Assembly: GCA_041576975.1 (NCBI GenBank)
Contig: JBFGJY010000003.1
Location: 997 to 64,996 of the forward strand
DNA: 64,000 bases
DNA from: Gammaproteobacteria bacterium
Lineage (GTDB): Bacteria; Pseudomonadota; Gammaproteobacteria; UBA4575
Direction: 5' to 3'
Part shown: positions 42,670 to 57,915 of the stretch, piece by piece
How the letters are laid out: each line of letters begins with the position of its first letter
Numbering within the stretch: position 1 is the stretch's first letter
Position numbers and translations under genes: made by a program
The notes under the pieces: model-generated
The model's input: only the letters and a program-made list of their open reading frames with translations
The model's database searches: none
Told to the model about the DNA's origin: nothing

Positions 42670-43575
42670 CTACTTTACCTTGCCTGATAACTTCTCAACG
42701 ATTCCCTCAAATTCATCGAGGTTGGCATAACGAATTTGCACGCGGCCGCTGCCACTTTTACTATGTTGGATGGTCACATTTGAGCCCATCTGGTCGGATA
42801 GCTTTTGTTCTAAGCGCATAATGTCAGGATCTGGATGACTGGCAGGGCGGGCTTGCGTTACATCCTTTTGCTGGACCTGTTTAACCAAGGTTTCGGCAGC
42901 ACGTACCGAGAGCTGACGTCTTACGATAGCTTGCGCACAAGTTGTTTGTTCGGTTTTATTTAATGCCAGCAAGGCGCGCGCATGACCCATCTCGATTTGT
43001 CCTCGGTTTAACATTTCTTTAACCGGATCAGCCAGTGCCAATAAGCGCAAGCTGTTACTCACTGCCGCACGTGAGCGTCCCACCACCTCACCAACTTCTT
43101 GGTGAGTGAGCTCAAACTCTTCAATGAGATTTGAAAACGCATGTGCCTCTTCAAGTGGGTTCAGGTCTTCGCGTTGTAAATTTTCAATCAGTGCGATAGC
43201 TGCTGCTTCTTGGTCACTGACACTTTTAATAACTGCCGGGATATCATGTAGTCCCGCTAGTTGTGCAGCTCGCCAGCGTCGTTCGCCGGCAATGAGTTGA
43301 TATTCGCCATTAACTTTACGCACGACTATCGGTTGTACCACACCTTGTTGTCGTATTGAATTTGCCAGGGCCTCAAGCGCCTCAGGCTCTATCACTTGTC
43401 TAGGTTGGTATGGGCTTTGCTGGATCATTTCAATAGGGAGATGCTGTAAAGATTTACCCGCAGCACTAATGGATGTCTCGGTTTCTGCTGCACTTAGCAA
43501 TACATCGACACCGAGAATCCCTAAACCACGTTTTTTCTTTGACATGACTATAAATCCGCTTGAATTAATTAACAC
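42670..43575 (-). CDS. parB: chromosome partitioning protein ParB
   Basis: ParB box …QPIVVR…YQLIAGERRWRAAQLAGL…, an HTH and a C-terminal dimerisation domain. Overlaps parA. Confidence 0.95.
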   Translation of the reverse strand: MLINSSGFIVMSKKKRGLGILGVDVLLSAAETETSISAAGKSLQHLPIEMIQQSPYQPRQVIEPEALEALANSIRQQGVVQPIVVRKVNGEYQLIAGERRWRAAQLAGLHDIPAVIKSVSDQEAAAIALIENLQREDLNPLEEAHAFSNLIEEFELTHQEVGEVVGRSRAAVSNSLRLLALADPVKEMLNRGQIEMGHARALLALNKTEQTTCAQAIVRRQLSVRAAETLVKQVQQKDVTQARPASHPDPDIMRLEQKLSDQMGSNVTIQHSKSGSGRVQIRYANLDEFEGIVEKLSGKVK

Positions 43576-44368
43576 TCACTGGTGGAGCTGTTGTTGCTAT
43601 ATGGCCTTCATTACGGCGTAGCATTTCGCCGGCTAGTGCCAAATACGCTAACGCTCCGCGCGAACGTTTGTCATATAGTAACACCGGTAGTCCATGACTC
43701 GGCGCCTCAGCCAATGTGACATTACGAGGGATGATGGTGCGATAGACACTATCACCAAAATGTGATGTGAGTTGTGCAGAGACGTCATTTGCCAGATTAT
43801 TGCGTGGATCAAACATGGTGCGGAGTAAACCTTCAATTTTAAGCTCCGGATTGGCCGTCATGCGTACACGTTCAATAGTTCGTGTCAGTGCGGATAGGCC
43901 TTCCAGCGCATAGTACTCACACTGGGTTGGAATGATGACACTATTTGCAGCAACTAATCCATTCACGGTAAGCATGTTCAATGAGGGCGGACAATCAATA
44001 AAAATATAGTCATATTGTTCGCTGACTTCTTGTAAGGCTTTACGCAATTTGAACTCGCGCCCCTTAAGTTCTAGCAACTTCACTTCGGCAATAGTGAGTT
44101 GTTCATTGCCAGGCATTAAGTCATAACCACCTTTACTACCGTATACAATACATTCGCTCGCGAGTGCTTCATTCAGTAATACATGGGCTGTGGTCTTTTC
44201 TATAGTGCGCTTATCTACCCCCGAACCCATGGTAGCATTGCCTTGTGGGTCCAAATCGATTAACAACACATTGCGATTAGTTGCAGACATTGAAGCAGCT
44301 AGATTAACGGTGGTCGTTGTTTTACCCACACCGCCTTTTTGATTGGTAACAGAGATCGTTTTAGCCAT
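43565..44368 (-). CDS. parA: chromosome partitioning ATPase ParA/Soj
   Basis: Deviant Walker A NQKGGVGKTTT. 267 aa. Confidence 0.95.
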   Translation of the reverse strand: MAKTISVTNQKGGVGKTTTTVNLAASMSATNRNVLLIDLDPQGNATMGSGVDKRTIEKTTAHVLLNEALASECIVYGSKGGYDLMPGNEQLTIAEVKLLELKGREFKLRKALQEVSEQYDYIFIDCPPSLNMLTVNGLVAANSVIIPTQCEYYALEGLSALTRTIERVRMTANPELKIEGLLRTMFDPRNNLANDVSAQLTSHFGDSVYRTIIPRNVTLAEAPSHGLPVLLYDKRSRGALAYLALAGEMLRRNEGHIATTAPPVSVN

Positions 44369-44987
44369 TGCCCGCTTTCTTTTCGATTACGGCAATATGA
44401 CGGTTTGCGTATAGGTTTGGGATATGCACCGCATAAATTCCAATTAAGCAATAGTTTTGAGGCAGATGTTGTAATTGAGTTCGTTTGCCAAGCATTACTA
44501 TAACTTGCCCTTGACTTACTAGATGGTCGATAGACTCAATTAGTCTTTCACTCGCTGCAAAGGCCCTACTCACTACCGTATCAAACTCATGTGCCGGCGC
44601 AAACTTTTCTACGCGTTGTTGAACAACTTGAGCATTTTTTAACCCAACCTCGATAATGGTTTGTTGGATAAAGCGGGCTTTTTTGGCATTCGCATCCAGC
44701 AATAAAAATTCTTTATCTTTATGCGCAATGGCAAGAGGAATCCCCGGGAGTCCGGCTCCACTACCTACATCAATGATTCTTTTGCCTTTTAAATAGGTTG
44801 CAACTGTCAAGCTGTCTAAAATATGTTTGTTTATTATCTCTTCTGATCCTTCAATCGCAGTGAGGTTATAGGTTTTATTCCATTTTTGAAGTAGCTCAAC
44901 AAATCGCAATAATGCATTAAGCTGCGCTTCATTTAATGAAATATGCAGCTGCTTAACACCGCTTTGTAGCAGCTCTGCATAGTTCAT
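44361..44987 (-). CDS. rsmG: 16S rRNA (guanine527-N7)-methyltransferase
   Basis: GidB family. …IDVGSGAGLPGIPLAI…. Confidence 0.92.
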   Translation of the reverse strand: MNYAELLQSGVKQLHISLNEAQLNALLRFVELLQKWNKTYNLTAIEGSEEIINKHILDSLTVATYLKGKRIIDVGSGAGLPGIPLAIAHKDKEFLLLDANAKKARFIQQTIIEVGLKNAQVVQQRVEKFAPAHEFDTVVSRAFAASERLIESIDHLVSQGQVIVMLGKRTQLQHLPQNYCLIGIYAVHIPNLYANRHIAVIEKKAGNG

Positions 44988-45026
44988 AGCTGACTCAGTA
45001 AACTCAGTTGTATTTATTGAAGAAAC

Positions 45027-46919
45027 TTACGCGCTCTTTGTTGCAAGGTTGTTTGCTTTCAAATGCACTAATAACAATGAAATTGCCGAAGGTGTTATGC
45101 CTGAGATTCTTGCGGCCTGGCCAATCGTTAGCGGCCGTATTTCGATTAGTTTTTGTTTTGCTTCATTGGATAATCCCACTACTGACGTATAATTTAAATC
45201 TTCGGGTAGTTTCACATTTTCTTGTTGGGCCAAACGTTGTACTTGTACATTTTGCCGCTCGATATAGCCAGCGTATTTTGCCTGGATTTCGAGCTGCTCA
45301 CCAACTTCAGCTGAAATGTCACTAAGATCTTGCGCGGTTAGTTTTTGAAGGATTGGTAAATCAACTTCGGGTCTGCGCAATAACTCATATAAGTTGGACT
45401 CATGTTTGAGTTCTCCGCCTAAAATGTCTTCGCATAGTTTTGCTTCGACTTTAGTGGGCTGAATGTAAATTTTTTGCAGGCGTTTAGTGTGTTTATTAAT
45501 GGCATCGCGTTTTTCGACAAAGACCTGCCATTGAGCATTAGGTAGGCACCCTAATTCATGTGCTGTTTCTGTAAGCCGTAAATCAACATTGTCTTGGCGC
45601 AAAATTAAACGAAACTCTGCACGGCTGGTAAACATGCGATATGGCTCTATGGTGCCTCGTGTAACTAAGTCATCAATCATGACGCCAATATAGGCTTCGT
45701 TGCGTCGTGGAATCCAGGCATCTTTTTCTTGCACTTGTCTAGCGGCATTTATGCCAGCGACTAGTCCTTGGGCAGCAGCTTCTTCATAGCCGGTCGTGCC
45801 ATTGATTTGGCCCGCGAAGTACAAGCCTTTAATAGCTTTCGTTTCTAAACTTGGCTGTAAGTCCCTTGGATCAAAAAAATCATATTCGATTGCATAACCC
45901 GGTCGTGTGATGTGCGCGTTTTCAAAACCTTTTATTGAATGAAGAAATTTGCACTGGGTCTCGAATGGCAAACTGGTAGAGATGCCATTTGGATAAACTT
46001 CATGAGTCTGCAGCCCTTCGGGTTCAATAAAAATTTGATGCTGTGTACGATCTGCAAAACGTGTAACTTTATCTTCTATCGATGGGCAATAACGCGGACC
46101 TGTACTATCGATATTGCCGTTATACATAGGTGATCGATGTAGATCCTGTTGAATAATAGAGTGCGTAGTTTCATTTGTATAAGTGATATGACAGTTCACT
46201 TGCTTAGGATGAAGGTCTGAACTGCCCATACAGGAAAACACCGGTGTAGGCGTGTCACCAGGTTGAACCGTGGTTTGCGTGTAATCAATCGTGCGGCCAT
46301 CTATGCGTGGAGGAGTACCAGTTTTTAAACGTCCCACTCGAAACGGCATTTCACGTAGCCGTTGCGCTAAGGTTAGAGCAGGCGGATCGCCAGCACGACC
46401 AGCCGCATAATTAATGTCGCCGACATGAATTTTCCCGCCTAAAAAAGTTCCTGTAGTTAGCACTACTGTTTTTGCATAAAGCCTAAGGCCACTTTGTGTA
46501 ATCGCGCCGTGTACGATGTCGTTTTCAATTATTAAATCATCAACAGCTTGTTGAAAAATTTGCAGATTTTCTTGGTTTTCTACTCGTGTGCGAATTGCGG
46601 ATTTATAAAGTATACGGTCGGCTTGCGCGCGAGTTGCACGTACTGCAGGGCCTTTACGAGAATTAAGAATACGAAATTGAATGCCGCCTTGGTCTGCAGC
46701 TATGGCCATAGCACCGCCCATGGCATCAACTTCCTTGACTAGATGACTTTTACCGATACCACCAATGGCAGGGTTACAACTCATCTGTCCAATGGTTTCT
46801 ATGTTATGGGTAATTAACAATGTGCGGCAACCTATGCGCGCAGATACCAGTGCAGCTTCGGTGCCCGCATGTCCGCCACCAATAACAATAACATCGTATT
46901 GTTGACTGCTTCTACTCAT
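45027..46919 (-). CDS. mnmG: tRNA uridine-5-carboxymethylaminomethyl synthesis enzyme MnmG (GidA)
   Basis: 630 aa. N-terminal FAD motif [15 protein letters not shown]. Confidence 0.97.
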   Translation of the reverse strand: MSRSSQQYDVIVIGGGHAGTEAALVSARIGCRTLLITHNIETIGQMSCNPAIGGIGKSHLVKEVDAMGGAMAIAADQGGIQFRILNSRKGPAVRATRAQADRILYKSAIRTRVENQENLQIFQQAVDDLIIENDIVHGAITQSGLRLYAKTVVLTTGTFLGGKIHVGDINYAAGRAGDPPALTLAQRLREMPFRVGRLKTGTPPRIDGRTIDYTQTTVQPGDTPTPVFSCMGSSDLHPKQVNCHITYTNETTHSIIQQDLHRSPMYNGNIDSTGPRYCPSIEDKVTRFADRTQHQIFIEPEGLQTHEVYPNGISTSLPFETQCKFLHSIKGFENAHITRPGYAIEYDFFDPRDLQPSLETKAIKGLYFAGQINGTTGYEEAAAQGLVAGINAARQVQEKDAWIPRRNEAYIGVMIDDLVTRGTIEPYRMFTSRAEFRLILRQDNVDLRLTETAHELGCLPNAQWQVFVEKRDAINKHTKRLQKIYIQPTKVEAKLCEDILGGELKHESNLYELLRRPEVDLPILQKLTAQDLSDISAEVGEQLEIQAKYAGYIERQNVQVQRLAQQENVKLPEDLNYTSVVGLSNEAKQKLIEIRPLTIGQAARISGITPSAISLLLVHLKANNLATKSA

Positions 46920-46975
46920 TAAATTCTCTACTCGATCAATCGCGACATTGTACTAAACACTGTGCAACAGCTCGA

Positions 46976-48322
46976 CTATTTGCCGATACAAAATTCACTA
47001 AATATTCGACCGAGCAGATCATCGGAGGTGAAATCACCGGTAATTTCTCCTAAGTATTGTTGGGCTAAACGCAAGTCTTCCGCTACAAGCTCTAAATCTT
47101 TCGTTTGACTGATACACTGAAAGGCCGCTTGTATATTTTGATAAGCCTGTTGCATTGCAATTAAATGGCGGCGGCGGGCTAAAAAAGGCGTATCACCTTG
47201 CTCACTGCCACACAGTTGGCTTGCAAGCATCTTGACTAAATCTTGAAGGCCAGAACCTGTTTTAACGGATATATATACATGGTTGGCATTCATGCTTGTT
47301 TGGATGTTTATTAAATCAATTTTGTTGTGAACACAAATAATAATTTTATTTTCATCAAGTCCATCAGGAATATTTTGTTCTCCCTCGGTTAACGAAACGT
47401 CAGTCAACCATAAAATTACGTCTGCTTGTGACAAGGCTTGTTGTGCACGTTCAATGCCTTTGATTTCGATTACGTCTTTTGTCTCACGCAGACCCGCAGT
47501 ATCAATTAAACGTACCGGCATACCTTTAATTTCGATGTCTGCAATCAGTGGATCGCGTGTGGTACCAGGTATTTCAGTTACTATAGCGATATCGCTTTGC
47601 GCCAATGCGTTAAGCAAACTTGATTTACCCGCGTTAGGTTTACCCGCAATAGCGATTGTTGCGCCTGTCTGCAATCGTTCCCCTTGTTGTGCCTGCCGTA
47701 ATAATTCCATTATTTCTGTTTCGAGATCTACGAGTTTTGTTTGAATTTGTTCCGTATGTTGTGCATCGATCTCTTCATCAGGAAAATCAAGATGCGCTTC
47801 AACGTTGGAACGAATTAGAATAAGTTTTGTTAAAACGTCTTGAACACGTGTTGAAAATGCACCTTGTAACGATCGGGTTGCAGTGCGTACACCTTGTTCA
47901 GTCGTGCTATAAATGAGATCAGCAATGGCTTCGGCTTGTGCTAAATCAATTTTGTTATTCATAAATGCGCGTAGACTAAACTCCCCTGGTGTAGCCAGAC
48001 GTGAACCATGCTCACAAAGGGTATTAAGCAATAACTCAGACACGATGGGGTTGCCGTGGCAGTGAAACTCGACCACATCTTCGCCCGTAAATGATGCCGG
48101 TGTTTGAAAATAAATTGCTATGCCCTGATCAATGAGCTCATCATTACTATCATAAAAATTTGTATACGTTGCATGACGTGATTGCAAAAATTTGTGTGTG
48201 ACTTTATTGGCAATACTTAAGACCTCGTACCCCGATAGACGCACTACCGCTAATGCGCCACGGCCCGGTGGTGTAGCCATCGCACAGATAGGTTCGCCTT
48301 GTTGTCGGTATATGTTGGGCAA
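46976..48322 (-). CDS. mnmE: tRNA modification GTPase MnmE (TrmE)
   Basis: G-domain GKPNAGKSSLLN. The C-terminal …CIGK tetrapeptide is diagnostic for MnmE. Confidence 0.95.
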   Translation of the reverse strand: MPNIYRQQGEPICAMATPPGRGALAVVRLSGYEVLSIANKVTHKFLQSRHATYTNFYDSNDELIDQGIAIYFQTPASFTGEDVVEFHCHGNPIVSELLLNTLCEHGSRLATPGEFSLRAFMNNKIDLAQAEAIADLIYSTTEQGVRTATRSLQGAFSTRVQDVLTKLILIRSNVEAHLDFPDEEIDAQHTEQIQTKLVDLETEIMELLRQAQQGERLQTGATIAIAGKPNAGKSSLLNALAQSDIAIVTEIPGTTRDPLIADIEIKGMPVRLIDTAGLRETKDVIEIKGIERAQQALSQADVILWLTDVSLTEGEQNIPDGLDENKIIICVHNKIDLINIQTSMNANHVYISVKTGSGLQDLVKMLASQLCGSEQGDTPFLARRRHLIAMQQAYQNIQAAFQCISQTKDLELVAEDLRLAQQYLGEITGDFTSDDLLGRIFSEFCIGK

Positions 48323-48355
48323 TATATGCGCCCTTAAGTTAATTGAGCGTGGTCC

Positions 48356-50041
48356 TTAGTAGGCAGCTTTTTCGATACGTTTTGTGATGACGTATTGTTG
48401 AGCGATCGACAAAATATTATTCATCAACCAATACAACACTAAACCTGCTGGGAAAAATGCCATAAAGGCAGTCATCATTATGGGCATCATGGCAAACACT
48501 TTGGCTTGCATAGGATCCGGTGGAGTTGGGTTTAGCTTAAATTGTATGTACATGCTGATGCCCATTAATAATGGAAGCACAAAAATTGGGTCTCGAATAG
48601 ATAAATCATTAATCCACAACATGAACGGTGCCTGTCGTAACTCGACACTTTCTACCAATACCCAATATAGCGCTAAAAATACAGGCATTTGTACTAGGAT
48701 CGGTAGACACCCGCCCAGCGGGTTTATCTTTTCTTTGCGGTACATTTCCATGACTGCTTGATTTAATTTTTGTTTATCGTCTGCATAGCGTTCGCGTAGT
48801 GCTTGAAATCTGGGTTGTATCTTGCGCATGCGCGCCATCGACTTATAACTAGCTTCAGATAATTTATAGAACAAAAGCTTAACCACTACTGTGACAAGAA
48901 TAATCGCAATGCCCCAGTTACCCGTGAGTTTATGAAACCACTCAAGCAACCAGAACAACGGTTTCGACAACACCGAAAACATACCGTAGTCAACGCTAAG
49001 ATCTAGTCCTTTTGCTACTTGTTCCATTTTATGTTGAAGCTTGGGACCAGCATACAAGCGTCTACTAAACTCTGCACTGCTGTTGGGAGGTATGGTCGTC
49101 GCTGGTGATAACATCCCGATTAAAAATTGTTCTTCACCTGCTATCTTAACTTTCTTACTGTAAAAACGATTTTCTTCCTCAGCATCCGGCACCCAAGCTG
49201 ATACAAAATAATGTTGTAGCATAGCAACCCAACCATCTTTTACATTCATGTTGATTGGTTTTTCTTCGACATCATTAAAGGAATGTTTGTGATAGGCGCC
49301 ATCGTAATAAGCTGTACCGGTATATGTTGGCAAGCGTAACCAACTACGATTTTCTGGAATTGGGCTGTGTCTTAATTGTTGATATTGTCGACCAACCCAT
49401 GTTGATGTGCCTTGGTTAATTACGCGGTGTGTTACATCAAATACAAATGAATTGCGATGAAAAGTAAAAATTTTTTCTACACGAATATTTTTATCGCCAG
49501 CCCAAGTAAGTTTTACCTCCAGACTATTTTCTCCATCTCTTAGTTCATAATCAGTATCCTCTGCTGAATAGATATCATGATGTGTAGGCGCTAAAGAACT
49601 AGCAACTTGTTTATCATTGATTTTGTCATGCCGCAGTCCAGACTGTGCAATGTAGGTACGGCTGTCGCTGTGTAGCAAACGAAATGGTTGGTCTCGTTTT
49701 TCTAAAGAAACAGGATACGTCGGTAAATCAAGTTGACGAATATCGCCACCACGCGTATCGATAATGACATCCAAAACATCTGTTCTAACATGAACTTGTT
49801 GGCTTTCAGCTAATGCTTTTTTTGGCTGTGTTATTTCAGCTTCAGTTTGACTGATAGTTACAGACTCCGTAATGTCCGGAAGATCCTCAGATTTTGTAAT
49901 CGTGTCATTGTTTACGCTTTCGGTTTGTTCATAAGTCTGTTCTGCTATTGGCGGCGGCGCATGTTCTTTTTGCCAAGTCAACCAAATCATATACAACACG
50001 AAGGCAAGTGCTATATATAAAAAGAATCTTTGGTTATCCAT
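48356..50041 (-). CDS. yidC: membrane protein insertase YidC
   Basis: 561 aa. A large periplasmic domain and a conserved C-terminal 5-TM core. Confidence 0.95.
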   Translation of the reverse strand: MDNQRFFLYIALAFVLYMIWLTWQKEHAPPPIAEQTYEQTESVNNDTITKSEDLPDITESVTISQTEAEITQPKKALAESQQVHVRTDVLDVIIDTRGGDIRQLDLPTYPVSLEKRDQPFRLLHSDSRTYIAQSGLRHDKINDKQVASSLAPTHHDIYSAEDTDYELRDGENSLEVKLTWAGDKNIRVEKIFTFHRNSFVFDVTHRVINQGTSTWVGRQYQQLRHSPIPENRSWLRLPTYTGTAYYDGAYHKHSFNDVEEKPINMNVKDGWVAMLQHYFVSAWVPDAEEENRFYSKKVKIAGEEQFLIGMLSPATTIPPNSSAEFSRRLYAGPKLQHKMEQVAKGLDLSVDYGMFSVLSKPLFWLLEWFHKLTGNWGIAIILVTVVVKLLFYKLSEASYKSMARMRKIQPRFQALRERYADDKQKLNQAVMEMYRKEKINPLGGCLPILVQMPVFLALYWVLVESVELRQAPFMLWINDLSIRDPIFVLPLLMGISMYIQFKLNPTPPDPMQAKVFAMMPIMMTAFMAFFPAGLVLYWLMNNILSIAQQYVITKRIEKAAY

Positions 50042-50294
50042 GGCGTTTCCCGTCCGGTACCGGATCTACTCCACCTTCATGCCATGGATGACAACGAGCG
50101 AGGCGTTTGATTGCCAACCAACCACCATAGAATATTCCATGCTGTTGTATAGCTTCGATAGCATAAGCAGAACAAGTAGGATGAAAACGGCAGTGATTAC
50201 CCAACCATGGGCTTACGATGAATTGATAAGTCTTAATTACACCAATAACAAACCTTATGTGAATCGAATTCATGATATAGCGTATAACTACCAA
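50034..50294 (-). CDS. yidD: membrane protein insertion efficiency factor YidD
   Basis: 86 aa. …[31 protein letters not shown]…. Confidence 0.9.
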   Translation of the reverse strand: MVVIRYIMNSIHIRFVIGVIKTYQFIVSPWLGNHCRFHPTCSAYAIEAIQQHGIFYGGWLAIKRLARCHPWHEGGVDPVPDGKRHG

Positions 50295-50668
50295 AGATTT
50301 TTTAGTTGTTGACTAATTTTATCGCGCTGCACATTTTTAATAGGTCGTTTTAAAATCACTACAAAATCGTTTGCAGGTAACTGTGCTTTGTTTAAACGAA
50401 AACTTTCTCTAATAATCCTTCTTATTAAATTCCGATCAACCGAACGCTTCACATTACGCTTTGCAACTACTATACCTAAACGCGGGTGACCAATCGTATT
50501 TTCTCTAGACAATATAGTAAAAACTTCGTTGCTGGATTTCGTGGCCTGATCAAAGACTCGTTGAAATTGGCGTGCTGTGTGCAGCCTTTCACGATAAGTA
50601 AACGAATTGTCGCTTACAGACAAAAATTTATGGGCATAAGCGCGCACGGCCTCGTGCACGTCGAGCAT
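50288..50668 (-). CDS. rnpA: ribonuclease P protein component
   Basis: Conserved …[26 protein letters not shown]…. The annotated ATG at 50668 lies inside rpmH, so the true start is probably a few codons downstream. Confidence 0.85.
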   Translation of the reverse strand: MLDVHEAVRAYAHKFLSVSDNSFTYRERLHTARQFQRVFDQATKSSNEVFTILSRENTIGHPRLGIVVAKRNVKRSVDRNLIRRIIRESFRLNKAQLPANDFVVILKRPIKNVQRDKISQQLKNLW

Positions 50669-50762
50669 TGATTATTGCGCGACCACTTTTTGTTTTCATC
50701 CTAGCTCTAAATCCATGGGTGCGTGCGCGCTTTAGGTTACTAGGTTGATACGTGCGTTTCAC
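50628..50762 (-). CDS. rpmH: 50S ribosomal protein L34
   Basis: Found by hand translation. It is below the ORF-track size cut-off. The product is 44 aa, (V→M)[43 protein letters not shown], with a GTG start at 50762. It sits in the canonical rpmH-rnpA-yidD-yidC arrangement. Confidence 0.8.
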   Translation of the reverse strand: MKRTYQPSNLKRARTHGFRARMKTKSGRAIINARRARGRARLCP

Positions 50763-50947
50763 AATTTATTCCAATTTTTAATTGCTTAGAGAAAAGATCT
50801 AATAAGGTGCGCAAAAATAATCGCGCTACTTACATTTGTCAACGACTATTGTCGAATAATAAACAGTAGATAACAATCCCATTACTGGATAGACTGGCTA
50901 GCCCCACATCCATATATAATCATTAGAAGCATACTGGAGTTTGACGC

Positions 50948-52288
50948 ATGACTAGTGCCCTTTGGAATTCATGTGTACACCAACTTGAATTCGAATTAAC
51001 TGAACAACAACTCAATACTTGGATCCGTCCACTACACGCAATTGAACGTGACGGCGAATTAACCTTGCTGGCACCAAATCGCTTTGTACTTGATTGGGTA
51101 CAAAATCATTTTTTAAATCGTATTGACCAGCTAATTTATGCTGATCATAAATCTAAAAGTAATCATGTTGTATTGGAGATTGGCAGTAATGAACAAACTC
51201 TTGTGCGAGCTCAGGCATTAGATACTGTAAATTCAATAGGAGTTGCGGCAGCAAAACTCCAACAATTTACCCATAACCTTAATCCGAATTTCATTTTTGA
51301 TAATTTTGTAGAAGGAAAATCCAATCAGCTACCTAAAGCCGCTGCCTTGCAAGTAGCAGATCACCCCGGCGAGGCCTACAACCCTTTGCTCATCTATGGT
51401 GGCGTAGGATTAGGTAAAACGCACCTATTGCATGCGATTGGCAATCAAATGCTGGCTAATGATCCCGGTGCAAAGATTGTATATTTGCATTCTGAACGTT
51501 TTGTTGCAGATATGGTTAAGGCCTTACAACATAATGCGATTAGTGAATTTAAGCGTTACTATCGCACTGTAGATGCTCTATTGATTGATGATATTCAGTT
51601 TTTTGCCGGTAAAGAACGTTCTCAAGAAGAGTTTTTCCACACCTTTAACACCTTACTTGAAGGGCAAAGACAGGTCATTCTGACCTGCGACCGTTATCCT
51701 AAAGAAGTTGAAGGCTTAGAAGAAAGATTAAAATCTCGTTTTGGTTGGGGACTAACACAAGCCATAGAGCCACCTGAGTTAGAAACACGCGTTGCGATCT
51801 TGCAACGTAAGGCCGAATTATTAAATGTTGAGCTACCAAGTGAAGTAGCTTTTTTTATTGGTAAACGCATTCGTTCAAATATTCGTGAGCTAGAAGGGGC
51901 GTTACGTAGAGTGATTGCCAATGCGCAATTTACCGGTTCAATTATCACCCTTGACTTTGCCAAGGAAGCCCTACATGACCTGCTGGCCTTACAAGATAAA
52001 CTAGTTACGATCGATAATATTCAAAAGACTGTAGCTGAGTATTATAAAATTCGGGTTTCTGACTTATTATCAGCAAGACGCAGTCGCTCTATTACGCGAC
52101 CACGGCAAATGGCCATGTCATTAGCAAAAGAATTGACTAATCATAGCCTGCCTGAAATTGGTGATGCCTTTGGCGGGCGCGATCATACAACCGTCTTACA
52201 TGCCTGCAGAAAAATTATTAGTTTACGTGAGAGTGATACGCGCATTAACGACGACTATGTAAATCTGCTGCGTAGCTTAAGTAGTTAA
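50948..52288 (+). CDS. dnaA: chromosomal replication initiator protein DnaA
   Basis: 446 aa. AAA+ Walker [13 protein letters not shown]-terminal DnaA-box-binding HTH. Confidence 0.97.
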   Translation: MTSALWNSCVHQLEFELTEQQLNTWIRPLHAIERDGELTLLAPNRFVLDWVQNHFLNRIDQLIYADHKSKSNHVVLEIGSNEQTLVRAQALDTVNSIGVAAAKLQQFTHNLNPNFIFDNFVEGKSNQLPKAAALQVADHPGEAYNPLLIYGGVGLGKTHLLHAIGNQMLANDPGAKIVYLHSERFVADMVKALQHNAISEFKRYYRTVDALLIDDIQFFAGKERSQEEFFHTFNTLLEGQRQVILTCDRYPKEVEGLEERLKSRFGWGLTQAIEPPELETRVAILQRKAELLNVELPSEVAFFIGKRIRSNIRELEGALRRVIANAQFTGSIITLDFAKEALHDLLALQDKLVTIDNIQKTVAEYYKIRVSDLLSARRSRSITRPRQMAMSLAKELTNHSLPEIGDAFGGRDHTTVLHACRKIISLRESDTRINDDYVNLLRSLSS

Positions 52289-52293
52289 TAGAC

Positions 52294-52302
52294 TGTGAAT
52301 AA
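52294..52302 (+). promoter_or_regulatory. DnaA box variant (TGTGAATAA, 8/9)
   Basis: One mismatch to TGTGGATAA. In the dnaA-dnaN spacer. Confidence 0.4.
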
Positions 52303-52435
52303 AAGGTGATATAGTTTGTACTATTATTTCGACTTTTGATTTCTCCCTGATAGTACAAAGTGATACACCCTAATTAGACCTGTTTTAATTTAGTTTCTCT
52401 GCATTAAGGTATTGATTAACAAGATATTATTTAAG

Positions 52436-52444
52436 TTATCCACA
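52436..52444 (+). promoter_or_regulatory. consensus DnaA box TTATCCACA
   Basis: A perfect 9-mer in the AT-rich 197-bp dnaA-dnaN spacer, 41 bp upstream of the dnaN start. Confidence 0.55.
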
Positions 52445-52485
52445 GAAAGAAGCTTGCTTAATAACAATAACTAAATATAACTAAT

Positions 52486-53586
52486 ATGCAGTTATCAATA
52501 ACCCGCGAAGATTTACTTAAGCCATTACAACAAATCATTGGTGCAGTTGAGCGTCGACAAACAATGCCGGCATTAAGTAATTTATTATTACGAGGGACCG
52601 ATCAAGGACTTTCGATTACAGCAACTGACTTGGAAGTTGAACTTGTGGCTATGCTTGATACTGCACTCGATGATAGCGGAGATACAACCATTCCAGCTCG
52701 AAAGTTGCTTGATATCTGCCGCTCATTGCCAGACCAAGCACAACTTGAATTAAGCTCCGGTAATGAAAAGATAAAAGTAAGTTCAGGACGTAGCCGTTTC
52801 ACACTTGCAACTTTACCTGCTGAAGATTTTCCAATCATCGATGATTTAGAGTTAGATACAAATATAGTGATCTCTGAGGATGATTTTCGCAGCCTAATTG
52901 AAAAGACAGCATTCGCGATGGCTCAACAAGACGTGCGTTATTACTTAAATGGCTTGCTATTTGAAGTTGATGCAGAGCAAATAAAAACGGTAGCGACAGA
53001 TGGGCACCGCCTGGCTCTATCCCAGATTAAACATAAATCAGACATAGATGGCATAAGGCAAATTATAGTTCCACGTAAGGGGGTACAAGAGCTGCAGCGC
53101 TTGTTAACACACGAAGAAACACAAGTAACTGTCTCACTAGGTAAAAACCATATACGCGTCAATCTACCCAACATTCAATTTACCTCTAAGCTCATCGATG
53201 GTCGTTTTCCAGAATACCAGCGAGTTTTACCTGCAGAAGAGGGCAATCACGCAATAATGGATAAGACTTTGTTAAAACAAGCGCTCACGCGCGCCTCGAT
53301 CTTGTCCAATGAGAAATATAAAGGCATTCGACTGATCTTAGATGACAATAAGCTGGTAATACAGGCGCACAATCCAGAGCATGAAGAAGCTGAAGACGAG
53401 ATTGAAATCAACTACCAAGGCGAAAAACTCGAGGTTGGGTTTAATGTGGTTTACTTGTTGGATGTATTGAATGCATTGGAATCAGATGAGGTAGAAGTCA
53501 TCATTAAAGATGCCAATAGTAGTGCCTTAATCGTCTCACCGGGAAAACAAGAGAGTCGCTATGTGGTTATGCCGATGCGCCTGTAA
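52486..53586 (+). CDS. dnaN: DNA polymerase III subunit beta (sliding clamp)
   Basis: 366 aa. MQLSITREDLLKPLQQIIGAVERRQTMPALSNLLL…. Confidence 0.97.
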   Translation: MQLSITREDLLKPLQQIIGAVERRQTMPALSNLLLRGTDQGLSITATDLEVELVAMLDTALDDSGDTTIPARKLLDICRSLPDQAQLELSSGNEKIKVSSGRSRFTLATLPAEDFPIIDDLELDTNIVISEDDFRSLIEKTAFAMAQQDVRYYLNGLLFEVDAEQIKTVATDGHRLALSQIKHKSDIDGIRQIIVPRKGVQELQRLLTHEETQVTVSLGKNHIRVNLPNIQFTSKLIDGRFPEYQRVLPAEEGNHAIMDKTLLKQALTRASILSNEKYKGIRLILDDNKLVIQAHNPEHEEAEDEIEINYQGEKLEVGFNVVYLLDVLNALESDEVEVIIKDANSSALIVSPGKQESRYVVMPMRL

Positions 53587-53610
53587 CAGCTAATTGAATC
53601 ATTTTCTCTG

Positions 53611-57143
<3,533 letters not shown>

Positions 57144-57265
57144 CTTTAACGACTAGTCTTAATAACCACCACTTTAGTCACTATATGACTAGTAAAATCA
57201 TTCACTTACAGACAAACTAGGTAAGCATAGAAAATTCATTTGCCACTGTTTTGTAGGAGCCATTC

Positions 57266-57838
57266 ATGGAAATTGGGACCATTATTTTTCTTGCCATTGT
57301 CGTAATTCTGGCCGGTTACTTTATTGTTATTTTTAACAACCTTGTTTCATTGAAACATGCTGTAAGCAAAGCGTGGTCAAATATCGAGGTGTTGCTCAAA
57401 CAAAGACACGATGAGTTACCCAAGCTAGTTGAAGTTTGCAAACAATACATGGGCTACGAGCAAGAAACGTTGCAAAAAGTTATGGAAGCAAGATCCAGAG
57501 TTTCTAATGCACAACAATCAGGCGACATGGGTGCGCTGGGTGCTGCTGAAGGCATGCTGCGCATGGGCCTAGGTAATTTATTCGCTGTTGCAGAAGATTA
57601 TCCTGAGCTTAAAGCGAATGAAACCTTTCAACATCTTCAACAAAGAATATCAGGTTTAGAAAATACGATTGCAGATAGACGTGAGTTTTATAATGAAAGT
57701 GTTAATCGTAACAATGTTCGCATTGAACAATTTCCGGATTTAATCGTTGCAAGATTGCTTGCGTTTAAACCGTTTGAATTACTGCAGTTTGATCAGTCTG
57801 AAGTTAAAGACGTGGATGTGAAAGCGTTATTCACATAA
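57266..57838 (+). CDS. lemA: LemA-family protein
   Basis: N-terminal TM followed by the conserved LemA helical domain (…NLVSLKHAVSKAWSNIEVLLKQRHDELPKLVEV…). Confidence 0.8.
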   Translation: MEIGTIIFLAIVVILAGYFIVIFNNLVSLKHAVSKAWSNIEVLLKQRHDELPKLVEVCKQYMGYEQETLQKVMEARSRVSNAQQSGDMGALGAAEGMLRMGLGNLFAVAEDYPELKANETFQHLQQRISGLENTIADRREFYNESVNRNNVRIEQFPDLIVARLLAFKPFELLQFDQSEVKDVDVKALFT

Positions 57839-57915
57839 CGAATAAACTTGCCGCATAAATAGCTTATGCGCGTTGCATCTATAAAAGAATAAGGTTTACC
57901 TAGTTCAGCTCTTCG

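Noticed and set aside
57144-57265. Weak AT-rich hairpin TAGTCA-CTATA-TGACTA after gyrB as a terminator.
   Set aside because: A 6-bp A/T-rich stem without a following T-run, so it is not a convincing intrinsic terminator.
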